NCBI GenBank assembly: GCA_040289515.1
Contig: PSLI01000036.1
Location: 1 to 20,362, forward strand
Origin: Candidatus Sysuimicrobiota bacterium
GTDB lineage: Bacteria; Sysuimicrobiota; Sysuimicrobiia; Sysuimicrobiales; Sysuimicrobiaceae
Direction of reading: 5' to 3'
Length of the DNA: 20,362 bases
In this document: positions 15,515-20,362 of the stretch, piece by piece
How the letters are laid out: each line of letters begins with the position of its first letter
Numbering within the stretch: the first letter of the stretch is position 1
Position numbers and translations under genes: made by a program
Notes under the pieces: generated by a model
The model's input: only the letters and a program-made list of their open reading frames with translations
The model's database searches: none
What the model was told of the DNA's origin: nothing

Positions 15515-17344
15515 ATGGGCCCGTCCTTGCGGACCCGGCTGAGCCGGGCCCTGCTTGTGTTCTGTGCCTGCCTTTTCGCCGCCCCGCCCCTTCGCGCGCA
15601 GCCTGAGGAGCTACCCACCTTCGAGGGCGAGGAGGTGGTGGTGGCCGGGAAGCGTCCGCAGCCCGTCCGCACGAGCCCCGCGTACGTCACGGTGCTGCGC
15701 GGAGAACAGCTAAGACGCCTGGGCTTCCGTACCGTCGCCGAGGCCCTGCAGTACCTGAGTGAGGTTTACGTGCGTGAAAACTACGGGGGCCCGGGTGGCT
15801 TGATGCAAGCGTCGGTGCGCGGCACAAGCCCCCTGCAGGTCCTCGTGCTGCTGGACGGGGTGCCGCTTAACCCCACCGCGCAGTTTGGCGTGAATCTGGC
15901 TACCATCTCCCTGTCGGAGGTGGACCGGGTGGAGGTGCTGCGGGGGCCGTATTCCGCCATCTGGGGGAGCGGCGCCCTGGGGGGCGTGGTGCACGTGGTC
16001 ACCCGGGCCACGCAACGCCTGCAGCTTCGGGCTGGCTACGGCGGTGCGGGCGATTCCGTGGTTGCCCTGAGTGCGGGTGCGCGGGCCGGGCAGGCCCGCT
16101 ACGGCCTGGGGGTCGAGCACCTGGGATCCAGCGGCTACCAGCCGAACGGCGACGCGTCGCGGTGGACCGGGATCCTGCAGGCGGACGCGGATCTAGCTGG
16201 GGGCGCTCGGTGGACGCTGCGGGTACACCACACGGACGCCCGCTACGGGGTTCCCGGTGCCCAAAACAGCTTCTGCTACCCGTGCCCAGACCGCCAGGCC
16301 GACCGACGGACCGTGGTGCAGCTGGGCTGGTCCCGGGAAGATGCAACCGGGCACGTGCACCGGTGGCGGGCGTGGTGGTACGGGGACGGGCTGGACTACC
16401 GCGCGCCCGGCTACACCTCCACCAGCCGCGGGGAGGCGTACGGCGCGGACTGGCTGCAGGTCGTTCCACAGCGCAACGGCGCGGTGCTCACCGTGGGAGC
16501 CGAGTGGCACCAGGCCTCGTACGGGTTCCGCAGCACCTTCGGCGATTTCCAGGGCAGCGCGCAGACCGGCGCGGCCTTCGCGCAGTACGACGTGCCTGTG
16601 GGGGAGCGTACGCTTGCGGGGCTGGGGCTGCGCTACGACCTGCACGCCGTGTACGGCGGCCAGCTGAACCCCCGCCTGGGGTTCGTGCACTTCCTCACGG
16701 ATGCCCTTCGGGTGCGGGGCGGGGTGGGCCGCACCTTCCGCGGCCCAACCTTCGGGGAGCTGTACTTCCCGAACTGCAGCAACCCGCAGCTGCTGCCGGA
16801 GACCGCCTGGTCCGCGGACCTGGGGCTGGAGGCGGTAGCGCCGGGGGGGCTTGTTACCCGCCTGAACACCTTCTACACCGACGCGCAGAACCTCATCGTG
16901 GGCGGCTGCAACCCGCAGAACGTGGGGTCAGCCCGGATCCTGGGGGCTTCCGCGGAGCTTGCAGGATCCCTGCGGGAGCTCTGGCAGGTGCTGGCCAACG
17001 TGACGTGGACGGACGGCACAGACCTTACCACCGGGCAGCGCTTGCTGCGGGTGCCGGGGTGGACTGCCAACCTGGTGCTGCGGCGGGCTGTGGGCCACGG
17101 AAGCTCCCTGGCGCTGGTGGCGAGCTACGCGGGCGAGCGGGACGACCTGGACGGGTCCACCTTCCCGGCCCGCAGGGTCACCCTGCCCGGCTACCTCACC
17201 GTGGGGCTGCGCTACGAGCTGCAGCTGGACGGCCTCGCGGTGACCGTGGGCCTTGACAACTTGTTCGACGCCCGCTACGAGACCCTGCGCGGCTACCCGG
17301 CGCCGGGCCGCACCGTGTTCGTGCACGTGACGGGCCGGAGGTAG
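15515..17344 (+). CDS. btuB: TonB-dependent outer-membrane receptor, probably for cobalamin
   Basis: Signal peptide, TonB box EEVVVAG, plug motifs VRG...QVLVLLDGVPLN and VDRVEVLRGPYSAIWGSGALGGVVHVVT, FRGPTFGELY, NPQLLPE, DNLFDARYE..GYPAPGR. Under B12 riboswitch control. Confidence 0.9.
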   Translation: MGPSLRTRLSRALLVFCACLFAAPPLRAQPEELPTFEGEEVVVAGKRPQPVRTSPAYVTVLRGEQLRRLGFRTVAEALQYLSEVYVRENYGGPGGLMQASVRGTSPLQVLVLLDGVPLNPTAQFGVNLATISLSEVDRVEVLRGPYSAIWGSGALGGVVHVVTRATQRLQLRAGYGGAGDSVVALSAGARAGQARYGLGVEHLGSSGYQPNGDASRWTGILQADADLAGGARWTLRVHHTDARYGVPGAQNSFCYPCPDRQADRRTVVQLGWSREDATGHVHRWRAWWYGDGLDYRAPGYTSTSRGEAYGADWLQVVPQRNGAVLTVGAEWHQASYGFRSTFGDFQGSAQTGAAFAQYDVPVGERTLAGLGLRYDLHAVYGGQLNPRLGFVHFLTDALRVRGGVGRTFRGPTFGELYFPNCSNPQLLPETAWSADLGLEAVAPGGLVTRLNTFYTDAQNLIVGGCNPQNVGSARILGASAELAGSLRELWQVLANVTWTDGTDLTTGQRLLRVPGWTANLVLRRAVGHGSSLALVASYAGERDDLDGSTFPARRVTLPGYLTVGLRYELQLDGLAVTVGLDNLFDARYETLRGYPAPGRTVFVHVTGRR

Positions 17345-17346
17345 GC

Positions 17347-18225
17347 GTGCGTCGGTGGGTTGTGGGCCTGTGCGGTGCCGCGCTGGTGCTGGCGACCTTG
17401 CTGCGCCTGCAGCCGCCCACCCCGCCCGCATCACCCCCGCTGCCGCCTGCAGCGCTTGCCCCCACCGCGGAGGAGGAAGCCGGCGCACCTGTCTTGGCCG
17501 CTTATGTGCGGCAGCCGGGCTTGCCGCAGACGCAGCGGGAACAGGCGTCCGCGCAGCGGCCAGCAAGCTCACAGGCACGGCGCAAACAAGCGTCGGCCCT
17601 GCGGGCGTCCAGCAAGCAGAGAACCGTAACCAGCCCCACGAGGGGTGCCCGCGCGCCTGAGGAACCCCTTCGGGGCCCGCAGCAGCCTGCGAGGCCGCCG
17701 CGGCCCGAGTCGTCGCCGCCCGGCCCGACGCAGGGGATGGGCACGAGCCCGCACGAAATGACGCCCGCCACGGGCCTGCCGCACAACCCCGCGCCGGGCG
17801 GCGAAGGCTCAGGGCCTTCCAGCTCCCCCGCCCCTGAGCTTACCGGGGATGCCCCTGCAGCCCCCGAACCCGGGCCGACGCCGAGCGCCGAAGCCACAGC
17901 GGTTCGTCAACCGGTTCTTCTCAGCCCCCCCAGGCCCGTGTACGCGCCACCTCCCGAGTATCCAGGCTTCCGCCTGGCGGTACAAGCGAGGGAGGGGTGG
18001 TCCTTTGCGTCCGCGGTGCCGCCGCACGGCCGCCTGAGGGTACGGCTTTTGGTGCGGGCGGACGGGAAGGTGGACAGGGTGGACGTGCTGGTGCCTTCCG
18101 GGCAGCCGGAGCTGGACCGGGCAGCGGTGGAAGCCCTGGGCCGCTGGCGCTTCGAGCCAGCCCGCCGGGGCGGCGAGCCCGTGGACAGCTACTACCTGGT
18201 GTGGGTGGTGTTCGAGGCGCGGTAG
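17347..18225 (+). CDS. tonB: TonB-family energy transducer
   Basis: N-terminal hydrophobic anchor, long Pro/Ala-rich linker, C-terminal TonB_C domain (PEYP...VRLLVRADGKVDRVDV..PSGQPELDRAAVEALGRWRFEPARRGGEPV). Confidence 0.88.
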   Translation: MRRWVVGLCGAALVLATLLRLQPPTPPASPPLPPAALAPTAEEEAGAPVLAAYVRQPGLPQTQREQASAQRPASSQARRKQASALRASSKQRTVTSPTRGARAPEEPLRGPQQPARPPRPESSPPGPTQGMGTSPHEMTPATGLPHNPAPGGEGSGPSSSPAPELTGDAPAAPEPGPTPSAEATAVRQPVLLSPPRPVYAPPPEYPGFRLAVQAREGWSFASAVPPHGRLRVRLLVRADGKVDRVDVLVPSGQPELDRAAVEALGRWRFEPARRGGEPVDSYYLVWVVFEAR

Positions 18226-18237
18226 CGCACCGCAGGG

Positions 18238-18813
18238 CTACCGGCGGAAGAAGGCGAACAGAATACCCAGCAGCACGCCGATCTGTCCCACCCAGAACAC
18301 GAACATCCACCGGATCAGATCAGCCCGCACCTCCGCGATCTGGACCCGCAGCTTGGCGGCCTGTTCGGTGATGCGGCCCTCCAGGCGTGCGACCTCCTCG
18401 GTGATTCTGCGGTCGAGCCTGGACGTTTGTTCGGCGATTTGGTTTTCGAGGCGAGCAACTTCCTCGGTGATTCTGCGGTCGAGCCTGGACGTTTGTTCGG
18501 CGATTTGGTTTTCGAGGCGAGCAACCTCCTCGGTGATCCTGCGGTCGAGCTTGGCGGCCTGTTCGGTGATGCGGCCCTCCAGGCGCGACGCCTCCTCCGT
18601 GATGCGGCGGTCCAGCCGGCCTGCCTCCTCCGTGACCCTGTTTCCAAACTTGGCCGCTTCCTCCGCCAGACGGCGCTCGTACCGTTCCTCCGAAAGGGCG
18701 AGCGCCTCCGCCTTGGTGTGGTCCCCAGCGGCGTTGATCAGGGACACCAGGGCTTCGACCCCCTCTTCCCCCAGCTTGTCCCGCAGGACCTTGGGCACGT
18801 TGACGATGGGCAC
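18238..18813 (-). CDS. CCDC90/DUF1640-like (LA_3696-type) head-stalk-membrane anchor coiled-coil protein, 191 aa
   Basis: GTG at 18813 with GGGGAGG 7 nt upstream. Head MPIVNVPKVLRDKLGEEGVEALVSLIN, neck EERYERRLAEE, 11-aa repeat stalk, C-terminal RADLIRWMFVFWVGQIGVLLGILFAFFRR anchor. Confidence 0.85.
   Translation of the reverse strand: MPIVNVPKVLRDKLGEEGVEALVSLINAAGDHTKAEALALSEERYERRLAEEAAKFGNRVTEEAGRLDRRITEEASRLEGRITEQAAKLDRRITEEVARLENQIAEQTSRLDRRITEEVARLENQIAEQTSRLDRRITEEVARLEGRITEQAAKLRVQIAEVRADLIRWMFVFWVGQIGVLLGILFAFFRR
18350..18660. repeat. In-frame 33-bp / 66-bp tandem repeat array encoding a hendecad coiled-coil stalk
   Basis: 18395-18460 and 18461-18526 match at 65/66 nt, with a partial third copy to 18550. 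A 38-nt block is identical at 18350-18387 and 18548-18585 (198 nt apart). Confidence 0.93.
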
Positions 18814-18845
18814 CTGTTCGCCTCCCCGTGCAGGTCCGTAGCCCG

Positions 18846-18901
18846 ATTGTACGGCCAGCTCGGCCGCAGAACCAACCGACAAACAGCCACTGGGGTACAA
18901 T
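18846..18901. promoter_or_regulatory. Possible divergent promoters (two TACAAT -10 boxes)
   Basis: TACAAT on the - strand at 18851-18846 (TTGGTT 18 nt upstream) faces the DUF1640-like gene. TACAAT on the + strand at 18896-18901 faces the YqgF-like gene. Confidence 0.45.
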
Positions 18902-18924
18902 GGCCGCAAGGTGGAGCGGACAGG

Positions 18925-19425
18925 GTGACGCCGCGGGTTGGTCCGAGCCAACGGGTTGCCCGGGCCCGAGGCCAGGGCTCCAACGGGACGCCATTTCCCG
19001 TGGTCTTGGCCGTAGACCCAGGCCGGGGCAAGTGCGGCCTGGCCGTCTGCGCCCCGGGCCAGGTGCTGTACAGGCAAGTTGTGCCAAGACAGGACTTGCC
19101 CACCGTGGCACGGGAGCTGGCGCGCCGGTTTGCGGTAGCCGTGGCTGTGGTGGGCCACGCCACTGGATCCCGGGAAGTTTTGCGGGAGCTGGAGCCCCTG
19201 GGGATCCCAGTGGTGGTGGTCCCGGAGACCGGAACAACCCGGGCTGCCCGGGAGCGCTACCTCCGCGACCACCCCCCAAAGGGGCTGTGGAGGCTGGTAC
19301 CCCCGGGCCTGCGCACTCCCCCTGAGCCGTACGACGACTACGTGGCCGTCCTCCTGGCGGAAAGGTTCCTGAAAGGCGAGGCCCAAGACGCCATTGGTTT
19401 GACAGGAGTTGGCGGCGCTCCATAG
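18925..19425 (+). CDS. YqgF/RuvX-like RNase H-fold nuclease (cyanobacterial-type paralogue)
   Basis: VLAVDPGRGKCGLAV, VVGHATGS, VPETGTTRAARERY...PPKGLWRLVPPGLRTPPEPYDDYVAVLLAERFL. Start is GTG 18925 (GGAG 8 nt upstream) or GTG 19000. Confidence 0.85.
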   Translation: MTPRVGPSQRVARARGQGSNGTPFPVVLAVDPGRGKCGLAVCAPGQVLYRQVVPRQDLPTVARELARRFAVAVAVVGHATGSREVLRELEPLGIPVVVVPETGTTRAARERYLRDHPPKGLWRLVPPGLRTPPEPYDDYVAVLLAERFLKGEAQDAIGLTGVGGAP

Positions 19426-19428
19426 AAT
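19399..19428 (+). promoter_or_regulatory. Near-consensus sigma70 promoter for the SLH-porin gene
   Basis: TTGACA (19399-19404), 18-nt spacer, TAGAAT (19423-19428). The -10 box includes the upstream gene's TAG stop. Confidence 0.8.
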
Positions 19429-19430
19429 TG

Positions 19431-19674
19431 GGTCTACCGGAAATTGGACCGAGCTGGTTTACCAGGCGTGGCGGGCAAAAAGCCCGCGGCCGAGGGCACG
19501 GGAAGGAGGTGGTGAGGTCGCTGCTGGCCCGCCGCCCGGCGGGCAAGTGCTCAAGCGGCCCGGGATGCGTCCGCGCGGACCGGCAGGGGACGGGTGAGCG
19601 GAGAAAACGAAGGTGACTCCGCGTCCTTATACCTGTTCACTGCTGGAACACCAAAGACAGGGGGGATATACAGC
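19431..19674 (+). promoter_or_regulatory. Long structured 5' leader (~240 nt) of the SLH-porin mRNA
   Basis: Series of hairpins (e.g. GCGGGC-AAAAA-GCCCGC 19471-87; GCCCGCC-GCCC-GGCGGGC 19527-44; GCGGAG/CTCCGC 19598-19622) plus an orphan AAGGAGGTG at 19503-19511. Confidence 0.6.
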
Positions 19675-20362
19675 ATGAAGACGAGGAAGTTGGTACTCTC
19701 CCTGGCGGCGGTCCTCGTCCTGGCCCTGGTGGCCCCGGTAGTTGGCCAGCCCTTCGCGGACGTCCCCACGAACCACTGGGCGTACGACGCGATCGCGGAG
19801 CTGGCGGCCAAGGGGCTTGTGGAGGGCTACCCGGACGGGACCTTCAAGGGCAACCAGCCGCTTACGCGGTACGAGATGGCGATGGTCGTGGCGCGGATCA
19901 TCGCCCGGATTGAGGCGATCCCCACCCCGCCTCCGCCGGAGGTGCGGCGGGCTGACCTGGACGCGGTACGCCGGGACCTCACGGGAGCGGTGGGCCGGAT
20001 CGCGGCGTCTGAGCGCACCATTGCCACGCTGCAGCGCTTGGTCAACGAGTTCCGGGCGGAGCTGCAGGCCCTGGGCGTGCGGGTGACGGCGCTGGAGGAG
20101 GAGCTGGCGGCGTTGCGCGCACGGCTGGACAACACGCGCATTACGGGCATCTTTGACGTTTCGTACGTCAGCCCCATCACCCCTCAGCCGGACCCGGTAA
20201 AGGGCTCACAGCTGGTGGGTAACGGCCCAAGCTACAACTTTGGTGCTGCGGACCTGGGCCAGCGCGTGCGCCTCACGTACAGCGGCCGAGTAGCCGACAA
20301 CGTGACCGTTACACTGCGGGCACGGTACACCTCGGCCGTGTCTACACCGGCCGTGATTGAGG
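19675..20362 (+). CDS. SLH-domain outer-membrane tether/porin (OmpM/SlpA-like), truncated by the window end; absent from the ORF track
   Basis: MKTRKLVLSLAAVLVLALVAPVVG-QPFADVPTNHWAYDAIAELAAKGLVEGYPDGTFKGNQPLTRYEMAMVVAR (signal peptide + SLH), coiled coil LQRLVNEFRAELQALGVRVTALEEEL, then DNTRITG and alternating beta-strands. AGGGGGGA RBS. Confidence 0.92.
   Translation, partial: MKTRKLVLSLAAVLVLALVAPVVGQPFADVPTNHWAYDAIAELAAKGLVEGYPDGTFKGNQPLTRYEMAMVVARIIARIEAIPTPPPPEVRRADLDAVRRDLTGAVGRIAASERTIATLQRLVNEFRAELQALGVRVTALEEELAALRARLDNTRITGIFDVSYVSPITPQPDPVKGSQLVGNGPSYNFGAADLGQRVRLTYSGRVADNVTVTLRARYTSAVSTPAVIE

Noticed and set aside
18226..18237. Bidirectional terminator between the convergent tonB and DUF1640-like genes
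   Set aside because: The gap is only 12 nt, with no convincing stem-loop or T-tract.
18395..18550. Direct repeats as a possible CRISPR array
   Set aside because: The repeats are contiguous with no unique spacers, are multiples of 33 nt in frame within a CDS, and no cas genes are present.
18814..19386. N-terminal extension of the minus-strand 382-aa ORF, and of the plus-strand 18427 ORF
   Set aside because: Each extension is the antisense of the other real gene. RBS-supported starts lie at 18813 (-) and 18925 (+).
19465..19560. GGGCAAA...GCCC as a c-di-GMP-I riboswitch, or the hairpin as a terminator
   Set aside because: It lacks the GNRA-capped P2 and the GACGCAAAGC junction. No U-tract follows the hairpin on either strand.

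Overview
Very GC-rich, densely coding bacterial window, almost all on the + strand. It holds a near-complete outer-membrane (OM) biogenesis cluster of the kind described in diderm Terrabacteria. An Armatimonadota-like thermophile is a plausible source but cannot be shown from the sequence. Gene order: 3' end of hisF; a chimeric ORF (half a VOC/glyoxalase domain joined to a long OmpH-like coiled coil); ompH/skp lipoprotein; lpxD; a secreted DUF3370-like unknown; lpxC-fabZ-lpxA-lpxI-lpxB; lptC-like, long lptA-like, lptB and a single lptF/G; an ArnT-like GT-C transferase plus a polyprenol-phosphate sugar synthase; DUF3084; cobalamin riboswitch-btuB-tonB; an opposite-strand CCDC90/DUF1640-like coiled-coil gene with 33/66-bp tandem repeats; a YqgF-like nuclease; and a strong promoter with a ~240-nt structured leader driving an SLH + coiled-coil + beta-barrel (OmpM/SlpA-like) gene that runs off the window. 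Most notable are the VOC::OmpH junction, the unknown secreted protein coupled to lpxC, a possible Kdo/phosphate-independent lipid A glycosylation module, divergent motifs in LpxD/LpxI/LpxB, and the structured OmpM leader. Family assignments come from recognised motifs; no database search was run.
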